Source: Zancudomyces culisetae HAW-14-8 (Eukaryota; Fungi; Kickxellomycota). From it: DNA of 64,000 bases. Under the pieces are notes generated by a model, which was given only the letters and a program-made list of their open reading frames with translations, was not told where the DNA came from and made no database searches. Shown here piece by piece: positions 13,114-26,601 of the stretch. The stretch's first letter is position 1. Every line of letters begins with the position of its first letter. The stretch lies in NCBI GenBank assembly GCA_052426225.1, contig JBNJNM010000007.1, positions 682,001 through 746,000 on the forward strand, written 5' to 3'. The position numbers were made by a program, and so were the translations under genes.

Positions 13114-15923
13114 AAAATACCACACACCACACACCACACACCACACATCAACTAACAACAACTAACACCAACTATCATCAACACCAACACCAACTATCAT
13201 CAACAACTAACATCAACACCAACACCAACACCAACACCAACTATCATCAACACCAACACCAACATCAACTAACATCAACTATCATCAACAACTAACATCA
13301 ACACCAACATCAACCAACACCAACACCAAATAACATCAACACCAACATCAACCAACACCAACACCAACTATCATCAACACCAACACCAACTATCATCAAC
13401 AACTAACATCAACACCAACACCAACTATCATCAACAACTAACATCAACACCAACATCAACTAACAACAACTAACACCAACTATCATCAACACCAACACCA
13501 ACTATCATCAACACCAACACCAACTATCATCAACAACTAACATCAACACCAACACCAACATCAACCAACACCAACACCAACATCAACCAACACCAACACC
13601 AACTATCATCAACACCAACACCAACTATCATCAACAACTAACATCAACACCAACACCAACATCAACCAACACCAACACCAACATCAACCAACACCAACAC
13701 CAACTATCATCAACACCAACACCAACTATCATCAACACCAACATCAACCAACACCAACACCAACATCAACCAACACCAACACCAACTATCATCAACACCA
13801 ACACCAACTATCATCAACAACTAACATCAACACCAACACCAACTATCATCAACAACTAACATCAACACCAACACAAACTAACATCAACACCAACACCAAC
13901 TATCATCAACAACTAACATCAACACCAACATCAACCAACACCAACACCAACTATCATCAACACCAACTAACATCAAACAACACCAACTAACATCATCAAC
14001 TAACATCAACCAACATCAACACCAACATCAACTAACATCAACTAACACCAACACCAACTATCATCAACAACTAACATCAACACCAACACCAACATCAACC
14101 AACACCAACACCAACATCAACCAACACCAACACCAACTATCATCAACACCAACATCAACTAACATCAACCAACACCAACACCAACATCAACCAACACCAA
14201 CACCAACTATCATCAACACCAACACCAACTATCATCAACAACTAACATCAACACCAACACCAACATCAACCAACACCAACACCAACATCAACCAACACCA
14301 ACACCAACTATCATCAACACCAACACCAACTATCATCAACAACTATCATCAACACCAACTAACATCAACTAACATCAACTATCATCAACAACTAACATCA
14401 ACACCAACACAAACTAACACCAACACCAACTATCATCAACACCAACACCAACTATCAACACCAACTAACATCAAACAACACCAACTAACATCATCAACTA
14501 ACATCAACCAACATCAACACCAACATCAACTAACAACAACTAACACCAACTATCATCAACACCAACACCAACTATCATCAACACCAACACCAACTATCAT
14601 CAACAACTAACATCAACACCAACACCAACATCAACCAACACCAACACCAACATCAACCAACACCAACACCAACTATCATCAACACCAACACCAACTATCA
14701 TCAACAACTAACATCAACACCAACACCAACATCAACCAACACCAACACCAACATCAACCAACACCAACACCAACTATCATCAACACCAACACCAACTATC
14801 ATCAACAACTAACATCAACACCAACACAAACTAACACCAACATCAACCAACACCAACACCAACTATCATCAACACCAACACCAACTATCATCAACAACTA
14901 TCATCAACACCAACACCAACTATCATCAACACCAACACCAACTATCATCAACAACTAACATCAACACCAACACAAACTAACACCAACACCAACTATCATC
15001 AACACCAACACCAACTATCATCAACACCAACATCAACCAACATCAACACCAACATCAACTAACATCAACTATCATCAACAACTAACATCAACAACTATCA
15101 TCAACACCAACACCAACTATCATCAACACCAACATCAACCAACACCAACACCAACATCAACCAACACCAACACCAACTATCATCAACACCAACACCAACT
15201 ATCATCAACAACTATCATCAACACCAACACCAACTATCATCAACACCAACTAACACCAAATAACATCAACTAACATCAACAACTATCATCAACACCAACA
15301 CCAACTATCATCAACACCAACATCAACCAACACCAACACCAACATCAACCAACACCAACACCAACTATCATCAACACCAACACCAACTATCATCAACAAC
15401 TATCATCAACACCAACACCAACTATCATCAACACCAACTAACACCAAATAACATCAACTAACATCAACAACTATCATCAACACCAACACCAACTATCATC
15501 AACACCAACATCAACCAACACCAACACCAACATCAACCAACACCAACACCAACTATCATCAACACCAACACCAACTATCATCAACAACTAACATCAACAC
15601 CAACAACTAACATCACAACTAACATCAACACCAACTAACATCAAACAACACCAACTAACATCAACAACTATCATCATCAACTAACACCAACTAACATCAA
15701 CCATCATCAACAACTAACATCAACACCAACATCATCAACACCAACACCAACTATCATCAACCAACACCAACTAACATCAACAACTATCATCATCAACTAA
15801 CACCAACTAACATCAACCATCATCAACAACTAACATCAACACCAACATCATCAATACCAACACCAACTTCAACTAACAATAATCAACACAAATTAATATT
15901 AATATTATTAACTTCATAAATTT
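13114..15923 (+). repeat. G-free C/A-rich modular minisatellite (CAACAC, CAACTATCAT, CAACAACTAACAT, CAAC, CAACAT modules)
   Basis: No G seen on the + strand between 13113 and 15924. Internal block duplications at offsets 1070, 188 and 117. Confidence 0.95.
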
Positions 15924-17900
15924 GTCTATTTATCACACTTTGTAATTATTTGTCATCCTACATTTCTCCATATATTTTTTATTATGAAGTAAATATAGAA
16001 ATTAGGTAAGTTAATATGACATAATATTTATATATTGCAATTTATAATACTAATATACATTATTTTTATCCATATATAAAATCTAATTGTTATTATATAA
16101 ATATTAATTTAATGTTTACATGTATATTTATTATGTGTTTAAATTAAACGTAATATGTGTACACAATTGTAAGTATATTATATATCAATACAATACGAAA
16201 TGCAATGTATATCATAAATATTTATTGGAAATCATAGATATTTAATTTCAAATATTATTATTAATTAATGTATACTTTAACCACAATAAATATATACCGA
16301 TAGCATTATTTGTAATAATTGTAATATATGATTGTCATTACAAATATCATGTAGTGTAAAATATTGGTAAATGTTGGATAATATCGGTGTTTTATCATAA
16401 ATGGTAATTATATTATTGTTTTTAATATTAAAAATATAATATATCATATATTTCAACATATTAATTATTGTTTGCCACATTTTGAAAAACATGATAATAA
16501 TATAATATTATTTATATTATATGTTATTAATATATAATTACGTTTCATTTTAAAGAATATGTTATTTAATGTATTACATTAAAATCATATACAAAATATA
16601 TCATAGCAATGTTGCAATTATTTATATAAAAATTACATGATTAACATAAAAAATTTGTAATTAAACACTTTATATGATACATTTTATTGAATTATATGAA
16701 TATCTTGATACATTATAATTAACATTTAATTATATATAATTAATTGATAAAATATATTAAATTTAAATATTAATATGAAGTGTGATATATATAATACTTT
16801 GTAATATATTTTCTAATAAAATATATACAATATAATATGGAATTAATAACAAAAATTTAAAATCTTTTATAACAAATCATTTATTATTAATAAAATAATA
16901 TATACTTATTAAATAATTATTTTATTAATCATATACATAATGAATACTTTATTAAATATAAATAACTTAATTATAGCTATATGTAATAAAATATATTCAA
17001 TAATTTAATTAAAATTATATATTTATACATTATTATGTTCTTGAATATGTATCATGATTTATATTATATTATATATATTAGCTTTAAAGTTAACAAATAT
17101 ACTGTATGATAGCTAAGTTTATAAATTTGAAACACGATTGTAATATTACTATAAAATTATATTATGACAATAATAATAATAATATTATTATTAACATAAT
17201 ATGTTAAATACGCATAACGATTATATTTGATTATTTATTATATATAATATATAATCATAGTGCTTAAATTATTATAATATTGAATAGCATATCATATATA
17301 TATATTTGAATCTTCTATATACAATATATACTATTTATATATATATATATATAACTATAACATCTTTATAAGTAATTCGTGTATTAATACATTACATTAT
17401 ATATTTAAACCATATAATTAATATTTATAATCTATAATAATTGAATTATATTTATAACTATCATGTGTATTATAAATATTTTATTATTTTAACATATACA
17501 ATATTAATTAATATCTAAAATTATAATTAAAATTAAAGAACGAAAAAATATTAAGCCATTTTTTTTGGAATTATTCTACAATATATGATGACTATGCACA
17601 ATAAAATATATAAAATTAATAGTTTACCTAATATATACATAATCATAATACTTGTAAAATTAAACTCAATATTTCAAATTAATCTTACTAAAATGTAATT
17701 TAAGCTGATATTATATATATATAAATGTCCTGTAATATAAATGTATTTAAAAAATATTAATTATAAATATATCACATTATAAAAAAAGCTTGAAATACCA
17801 TGACATTATACGATTAAATTTATACTATGACGAATATGGTATTTTGTAAAAGTCAAGTATAATAATATGTGATAACATTATGTAATACATTGTATACTAA
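15900..17900. other. Ultra-AT-rich, gene-free core
   Basis: Visually almost entirely A/T (not computed); no credible ORF. Confidence 0.8.
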
Positions 17901-17909
17901 TGTCTATAT

Positions 17910-18182
17910 CTATGTATACACAATTTCAAAGTCCATGTACATAATTGTTGATCATTGTATACAATTTTGATGAACTATGTATACAATTTTGATGATCTTT
18001 GTATACAATTATGATCTATGTATACAATTTGATGATCTATGAATACATTTTGTTGATCTATGTATACATGATTGATGAGCTATGTATACATTTATAATTG
18101 ATCTTTGTATACAATTATGATCTATTATGTATACATTTATAATTAATCTTTGTATACAATTATGATCTATTATGTATACATT
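17910..18182. repeat. ~19-24-bp tandem array with palindromic core TGTATACA (consensus ~GATCTATGTATACAATTTTGAT)
   Basis: About a dozen consecutive copies are visible. Confidence 0.9.
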
Positions 18183-18474
18183 AAAAACACTATGTGACTG
18201 CTGATTCCAAAAATATGCATATTTTGTAATACATATTAAATTGATTTAAATAATGTTTAAGAAACAAATGGGTCATAACTATACAATGATTTAATAACAA
18301 CCATATACACAGTTATTGTGCAAAATAATTAGATATTGTCATTATAAATATTTTAATAATAAATACACATTTTAGATCATAATATCTGATTAGTGATCGA
18401 ATAATTATAAAATTTTTTTTATCATAATATATAAAATCGAATCGGAAATTTAACAAATCTAATATCATATTATT

Positions 18475-19050
18475 ATAATGCGCATATAATCATGCAATGT
18501 TTCAAACAATGATATATTTGGGCGCATATAATCATCTATTGTTTCAAACAATGATATATTTGGGCGCATATAATCATCTATTGTTTCAAACAATGATATA
18601 TTTGGGCGCATATAATCATCCATTGTTATATACAATGATATATTTGGGCGCATATTGTCAAAATTTAAGCAATTTAATGGAGATAATTGATTTTTTGGGC
18701 GCATATATCCAACCATTGTTTGAACGATAATGTACGTAAAAAATAAATATGGTATATATACTTAGATCAAGGTTATACAATATTTATACATTATACTATT
18801 GTTTGAAACAATGGCTGACTATATGCGCATAAAAAATTCAAAATGCTCCATTATATTGATCATATTTTTGGGCTATATGCGCCCATTATATTATCATTTT
18901 ATAAACAATGATTGGTTATATGCGCACAAAATATATGTTTTTGAGACAATGTATATGTATATGCGCTCAAAATATTTAATTGTTTGAACAATGATTGATT
19001 TTATGCGCTCAAAAAATTTAATTGTTTGCTTAATGTAACTTTTTAGGCGT
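18475..19050. repeat. Two opposed arrays of a 42-bp unit (GGGCGCATATAATCATCTATTGTTTCAAACAATGATATATTT)
   Basis: GCGCATA at 18480, 18522, 18564, 18606, 18648 and 18699. Reverse-complement copies (TATGCGC) at ~18822, 18876, 18919, 18960 and 19002. Confidence 0.9.
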
Positions 19051-19399
19051 TATATATATTTTAATGTATGAAAATGTACATTATAAGCTTTCTTTAATTC
19101 ATAACCGGTTTAACTAATATACAATGATATTTTTACATATTATTATTATTTTTATATTTAATAAAGTGTAATATCCAGCTGTATTTTTACAAATTTTATG
19201 TTTTTTTATTATATATGGCATTAATACAAACAATTAAATATATAAACAAACTCATTTATGCTTCAAAAAAATTTAGATATTTAAATTTTAATTAAAGTAT
19301 TTGATATAATTTTGGGATTATTTCAATATAATATTTTATATACCTAATATTATTATTGACCTGATAACTGTCACAACTATTTAGGCATAATTTATTAGA

Positions 19400-20340
19400 C
19401 CAAGTATTGTTTCCACAAACATTCAATTTCATTCCTTTTTATTCGCTACTTATTGTTCATTCTGACGGAGGTTTACTGTATCTATTTAGGCGTCTTTTGA
19501 TGATTGCCCATATAGTTTCGATTGGGTTTAAGTCTGGAGATTGTGTCGGCCAGTCCAATGTATTATATTCCTGGTTTTCATGCCAGCTGGTAACTAACAT
19601 TGAGGTATGTTTAGGATCATTGTCATGTTGAAATATTATTGACTTGGGATCCAAGTTGTAGTACTTTTTAGTATTGCTAAGCTCGGCTTTTAAAATGTTT
19701 AAATAATCTTCCTTGTTTAACATTCCTTCTATTCGGCACATGTAGCCAGTTCCAGATGCTGTGATGCATCCCCAAATCATTAATGATCCTCCACCGTGTT
19801 TTACGGTCTGGTTAATATTGTGCGGCTGTAGACTGACACCATCACGAACCCAAGTCCATTCATTTCCATCAGATCCAAATCGGTTGATTTTAGTTTCGTC
19901 GGAACAAATTACTCGCCTCCAATCATCAGTAGTCAAGTGGCGATGAGATTTTGCGAATTTCAACCTTTTTGCAATATTTTTAAGGCTGATTTTCGGTTTG
20001 GAGGTTTTTTTTTTTTGCAACAGAATTTAGATCATTAAAAGCCCTATATATTGTAGACTTCTTAGCACTAATAATATAATCCATTTCGAATTTCTTTAGT
20101 ATCGAAGTAGCTGATCGATACTCTCCAGATAATATCATCCTAGTACATATTCGCTTGCTTTGGGGTGAAAGCTTCGTTGGACGACCGCGTTTATTAGCCG
20201 GTAAATTGATATTTATTGCTGCTTTAATTCTGTATATTGTTGCTTTACTAACTCCATGTTTTATAATGATTTGGTCAATGTTTCTGCCTACAAGTTACGA
20301 GTTTTTTGGATCCAGTTTACGTTGTTCAGATATCATTTTT
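19400..20340 (-). mobile_element. Degenerate Tc1/mariner DD34E transposon (catalytic ORF 19457-20020; HTH region broken)
   Basis: WRRVICSDETKINRFGSDG, KHGGGSLMIWGC, FQHDNDPKH, SPDLNPIE. GRP motif remnant upstream. TIRs not found. Confidence 0.9.
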
Positions 20341-20613
20341 TAAAAATTATTCTTTTGATTAGTATTAAAATTTTATAATTATTCTATGTAAAAGTTTTAA
20401 AAATTTATAATTTGTAATCATAAATTTATGATAGTTTAAAATTTTTATTTGACTAAAGATCAAAATGTCACATTAAAGAGTAAAAACTTTCATATGAAAA
20501 TACATTTATGAATATTAAACCAATAATTATACAATTTATATACAGTGACTCAAAAAATTTTAATATGAAAATACATTTATGAATTTTAAACCAATATTTA
20601 TACAATTTATATA

Positions 20614-22224
20614 CAGTGACTTAAAAAATTGTTCAAATGTTTTTGATGTTCATTCAAAAATTAGTATATCTCACGAATATTATATCGTATCACTATAATA
20701 ATTACAATTATATACATTAATATACCATGTATTAATTATCAAATTTTCAGAATACTTGAACCAGCCAATCAACTGTAGTTATACTTTTTGTAATAATATT
20801 TTATTTGAACAAATTTTTTGCTAATATTAAAAAAATTTATAAACTTAATTAAACTAGTATTTAATATATCCACCCCTGGCTTTCAATTCTGGATTAATTC
20901 TTGATGGCATGCTACTGATAGCGACATACACTCGTCACGTGTTATCTTATTCCACTCGTCTTGTACGCGGTCCCAAAGTTCGTTTATCCCTTTTGGTGCA
21001 TTTTCGTGATTTGATAGCCGTCTTTTCAAATTGACCCATAGATGTTCAATTGGATTTAGTTCAGGTGACTGTGCTGGCCAGTCAAGCACCTGAATTGAGT
21101 TAGTTTGCAACCATTCTTTAGTAATTTTCGCGGTGTGTTTTGGATCGTTATCTTGCTGAAAAATTGTACTTTCCCTGTCTAAGTCGTACCGCTCCATTGA
21201 TTTTACCAGTTCGTCTTCAAGAATATCACAGTACAATTCTGCATTGTATCCGCAATCAATTTTAGTAAGATAGCCTGGGCCTTCTGAAGTCATGCATCCC
21301 CATATCATGATTGAACCTCCACCATGTTTTATAGTTTTTTTAACATGGTTCGGTTTTAACTGGCTCCCTTGTTTTTTCCAGCACCACATGCGCCCATCTG
21401 ACCCAAATCTGTTAATTTTAGTCTCGTCAGACCATATCACACGTTTCCAGTCTTCTACAGTCCAAATCTGCTATTTATTAGCAAATGCAAGTTGTTGTTT
21501 AATATGGCCTAATTTTAGCATACGTTTTTTGACCTTAGGTTTTGCACTTAAACCATTTTTTTCTAGCTATTCCGCACTGTTTGAGAAACCACAGTTACGA
21601 GACCATTATCCTTGAGAAATTTTGTAGCGTCTGTCGCTGTATCTAATTGTCCAGACGTAATTTACCGAATTATTAATCGCTCATTTGCTTTTAATATTTT
21701 ATTTGGGCTGCCATGTGATAAAGATTTTATTGATGGATGATACTTTTTTTTTATGTTAGATATTGTCCCTTTACTAATAGATAGTTTAGATGCAATTATG
21801 CTATATGAGTATCCATTATCCAGCAGATTTATAACACTCCATACTTTTTCAATATTGCGTTTTTTCATCGTATTTAGATTGATCAAAAATTTATGTTTAA
21901 ATATTATAATAATTGTGTAGATAATTGTAAGTTAGATGTAGTAACATATAATATTTTTAAATTTTATCTAACATTATGAAAAAGATATCATCATAATTGA
22001 TAAATTTAATTTAAAACTTAATAATTGTTCAAATAAAATATTATAACAAAAAGTATAACTACTGTTGATTGGCTGGTTCAAGTATTCTAAAATTTTGATA
22101 GGTAATACATGGTATATTAATGGTTAATAATTGTAATTTTTATAGTGATACGATATAATATTCGTGAGATATACTAATTTTTGAATGAACATCAAAAACA
22201 TTTGAACAATTTTTTGAGTCACTG
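20614..22224 (-). mobile_element. Full-length (1611 bp) Tc1-family transposon with ~200-bp TIRs and TA target duplication; transposase frameshifted
   Basis: Ends are TA|CAGTGACT...AGTCACTG|TA. TIRs at ~20614-20812 and ~22025-22224. ORFs 21662-21886 (HTH) and 20883-21440 (SDETK, FQQDNDPKH, SPELNPIEHLW). Confidence 0.95.
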
Positions 22225-22482
22225 TATTATTTAAATGCTACAATTGTGCATTATGTAATTTATATATTATCTAATTTTTGGATGTTATTGAGCATGTTAT
22301 TACACTTTGAAAATATTTTCAATATTTTGAGACATACTGAAACACACTGTAACTCGTACTGTGTCAAAGCTTTAAAGTGGTGAAAACGTTAATAAATTTA
22401 ACATTTGCTATTTTTAATATGTTATTAAAAATAGCAATAATGTCATGAATGGATCATGACATCACTCCCCTCTAATGCCTAC

Positions 22483-25400
22483 TCAAGGACCTGGCTGATT
22501 CGGATATTGGTTGTGGAAGTCGGCTACAATTTCAGGGGCGTGGACATCTGATGCGTCTTCCCATGTTCTATCCTCATGTGCGTATCCTTTCCAGTCAATC
22601 AGATACTTCAATTTACCTTTGGATATTTTAGCGTCGAGTATAGCAGCTACTTCGTACTCTTCTTGGTTATCAACAATAACAGGTGGAGGTGGTAGTTCTT
22701 GAATACGGTTAAACGTTTCTGTGGCCTTGTATGGTTTCAAGAGTGATACATGGAATAAAGGGTGTATTCTCATGGTTGCAGGAAGTTTGAGTCTTGCAGC
22801 TACTGGGTTAACCATCTCAATGATTTCAAATGGTCCGATGTATTTGAAATCCAGTTTTTGAGATGGTCTCATGGTTTTAAGATTGGTTTGAGACAACCAA
22901 ACCTTATCACCAGCAGTGAATGTAACTTGAGGGATCTTTTGCGATCAGCAAACCTCTTGTAATTGTCTTAGGATTTATTCAGATTTATTTTTAATTCATC
23001 TTGAATAGTTTGCAGATGACTAGCAAACTCCTGAGCACTTGGTACATTGGAATCATTGAGGTTGCTAATAATAAACTGGATATCATACCCATAATTAGCA
23101 TGAAATGGACTAACCTTGGTACTAGCGTGAGTTGCATTGTTGTAAGCAAACTCAGCCATTGGAAGCAACTGACACCAATTATCTTGTTGATAGTTAACAA
23201 AACACCTCAAATACTGTTCAAGTATTTGATTGATTCGTTCTGTCTGACCATCAGATTGTGGGTGGTATGCAGTAGAGTGATGAAGTTTGATGTTTAGAAG
23301 TCGAGAGAGTTCGGTCCAAAACTTGGATACAAACTGTGGGCCACGATCGGAGACAATGCTGTTGGGAAGTCCATGTAACTTGAATACATTATCCATGAAG
23401 CTAGTAGCAGTATCAGAAGCAGATGGTGTACTTTTGAGAGGGATGAAATGAGCCATCTTGGTGAGACGATCCACAACAACCAGTACAACAGTGTTTCCCT
23501 GTGAACGTGGTAGTTCCACAATGAAATCCATTGATACTGATTCCCAAGGACGATTGGGAGTATTCAATGGCATTAAGAGTCCTGATGGCTTAGTAGAGAT
23601 GTGTTTTGCTCGGTTGCAGGTATCGCAAAAGTCGATGTAGTCTTTTATTGTGGCTTTCATGTTTGGCCACCAGAACTGACGTGAAACCAAGGACATGGTT
23701 TTAGCGTGACCAAAATGACCAGCTGGCAGTGAGTCATGACACATGGCAAGAACTTGAAGACGTAGTGATACAGGAACAAACATCCTATCGTTCTACACTA
23801 AGATATTATCAGAACAGGAGACTTTTGAGTTGTTTAGAAGTTCTTGAGCTTGAGTTTCAGATTCAGTAATTGCTTTGATTTGAGAAATGATATCACTAGT
23901 CTGGCTGGTGTCAATAGCTGCAATTACAAACTTGGGTTGCCAGATAGGTCTATCTTCAAGATTCACCCCCTCCTTATGCTCATCCTTCCTAGATAGAGCA
24001 TCTGCTTTACCGTTTTGTGATCCTGGACGGTAAGTAAGCTCGATATCGAACCGGGTTAGGAACAGGGCCCATCTTGCTTGACGCTGATTTAGAATCTTGG
24101 CGGAGCGGAAATACTCAAGATTCTTGTGGTCGGTGATGACCAAAACCGGATGAGAGGCACCTTCTAGATGATGTCGCCACTGCTCGAGGGCACATTTGAT
24201 GGCTAGAAGTTCCTTGTCATAGATGTGGTAGTTTCTTTCAGCAGGATTCAGCGTTCGGGAATAGAAAGCTACAGGATAAGTTTCACCATTGATTTTCTGA
24301 GATAACACAGCTTCTAGAGCAAAGTTGGATGCATCACATTCGAGGAGAAACTGAGTTTCTGGGTCAGGATGTGAGAGAACGGGAGCTGTGGTACATTGTT
24401 TCTTGAGATTTTCAAAAGTAGATTGTTGTGCTGAGCCCCAGATAAACTGGGCATTTTTCTTGAGTAAGGAGGTGATTGGAGTTACAATACGTGAGAAGTC
24501 TTGGATAAAACGGCGATAGAAGTTAACAAATCCAAGGCAGGATTGGATGTCCTTGACTGATTTTGGTGTATCCCAATCCAATATTGCAGATACTCGAGAC
24601 GGATCCATGACTAGGCCTGCAGGTGTGATTATGAAGCCTAAAAACTCTACTCTTTCTTGGTCAAACTCACACTTTTCAAGTTTGGCGTAGAGTTTGTGAG
24701 CGATTAGTCTTTCTAAAACAGTGCGAACATGGATAGTATGTTCTTCAGGTGTTGCAGAAAATACCAGAATGTCATCAAGGTATATGACAACATAGACGTC
24801 TAGGATATCACGAAAAACGTCATTGACAAATGATTGAAAGGTTCCAGGAGCATTAGCCAGGCCGAATGGCATAACTTTGTACTCAAACTGATCATACTGT
24901 GTTCTGAAAGCGGTTTTTTCCTCATCGCCTTTCCTTATGCGTACCAGATTGTACGCGGCACGCAGATCAAGTTTTGTGAATATTTTGGCAGATTGTACAC
25001 GTTCCAGAAGCTCAGTCATCAACGGTAATGGATACCGGTTACGTTTAACGACTTTGTTTAGAGCTCTGTAGTCCACAACTAGTCTTAAAGCGCCATCTTT
25101 TTTACCTGTGAAGAATACAGGGGCTCCAGCAGGTGATTTCGAGCGGACTATGAAACCTTTTGCAAGGTTTTCATCGATGTACTCTTTAAGCGCTGTTCGC
25201 TCCTTTGGTGCAAGTGGATAAATTGGTCCATATGGTAAGGCGGCATTGGGTAACAGATCAATTGGGCAGTCGTAAGGGCGATGAGAAGGTAGAGTATCGG
25301 CCTTTTGTTTGTCAAAAGCTTGGCTGAGGTCTTGATATTTAGTTGGAATAGTAGTAGTTAAGGAATCAGGAGGTAGTGAAATTGGTTTGGCTTGGTTTAT

Positions 25401-26601
25401 CATGCCTATCAAATGATAAACAGAGTGTTTTAACTTTTTGATAGGCACCTTTTGTTGGAACTCAATATCATACGAACGTTTGCGAATTGGTTCAACCGGA
25501 TCAGCTGGTGGTGGAGTCATCGGGCGTAACTCTTCAAAAGTTTCCATATCAGCACTCTGAATACTATTTTCAGAGTCGGCACTTTGAATTGAGATGTCGC
25601 TGATATCGGAACTTGGTGAGTAGTACAGCTCAGAATCCAACGAATACTTTGATTCAAGTTCATAATTTAAATCTGTTTCATATTCTGGATCAGAAATTTT
25701 ATCATCATTTTCAGAATATGAGGTGGATTCTTGATCCTGAACTGACTCAATGACTTTTTGGTTGTGTACTTGGTTCTGATAATCCTGATTTAAGTTTCCC
25801 TGGCTATGGTTAAATTTTCCTGGCTATTGTTAGTATTTTCCTGACTATTTTTCCTGGCTGTGGTTAGTCCCCTGGTTTAAATTTTCCTGGCTGTGGTTAC
25901 TTTGGCAATGGATAGTCTGACTGTGGTTATCTTTAACATGGTTTTCCTGGTTGTTAGTTTCCTGACTTTGGGTTTCTTGGCTGAGATTATTCTGGCTTAT
26001 TAGTGCTGGTCCTGGTCCTGGTGCTTGTCTTGACACGAATGAGATTAGTCTTGTTAATCGTTGGATTGGATCTTTGAGTTGAGAACCATTTTGATAATGC
26101 AGTGTTTTTGGCAATATGCATTATCAAAATGAATTAATCTCTTCTTCTAATTGATAGTGGGTTCATGGAGTTCAAGCCACGGAAGTCCTAAAATCATGTC
26201 AACATGGTGGGGGTTTATGATTTCAATCGTGACTACTTCTTGGTAAACTTCAATCTCAATTTTGAGCGGGACAGTTTGGTGTGTAATTGGACCGGCAGAC
26301 ATTGGATTACCATCTACAAACTCCACAGGTATTGGAGTTGTCTTGGAAATGGATGGAATGGAATGGTTAGATACAAAACCTTGGTTTATGAACAAACCAG
26401 AAGCACCTGAATCTACCATGGCGACGATTTGCAACTTTACGTTACTTGGGAGTAGTAAAGAAACAGTGACAAGAAAACGATGGGGGTTGTAGACGTCTCG
26501 GATACTGCTGACTTGATGGACAAAGGATCTGGAACGGGGGAAGTCTTTGGTTGGGATGGTTTGGTTCAGGATTGGCTTCCCAATTAAGCCTGAACCCGGT
26601 G
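22483..26601 (-). pseudogene. Pol (protease, RT, RNase H, integrase, chromodomain) in several fragments
   Basis: AMVDSGAS; LRLVVDYRALN...YLDDILV; RNYHIYDKELLAI; HHCC plus SMDFI...SDRGPQF...GQTER; YEVAAILD...YLIDWKGY...TWE. Confidence 0.93.

Noticed and set aside
13119-13147. Yeast-like C1-3A telomere
   Set aside because: Under 30 bp, internal, and expected by chance in CA-rich DNA.
13150-15880. Mucin-like T/N/P/Q repeat protein
   Set aside because: No start codon on the + strand, module lengths break the frame, and stops are frequent on both strands.
18465-18730. ORFs with 14-aa repeats, or a CRISPR-like array
   Set aside because: By-products of the 42-bp tandem repeat; no unique spacers, no cas genes, eukaryotic context.
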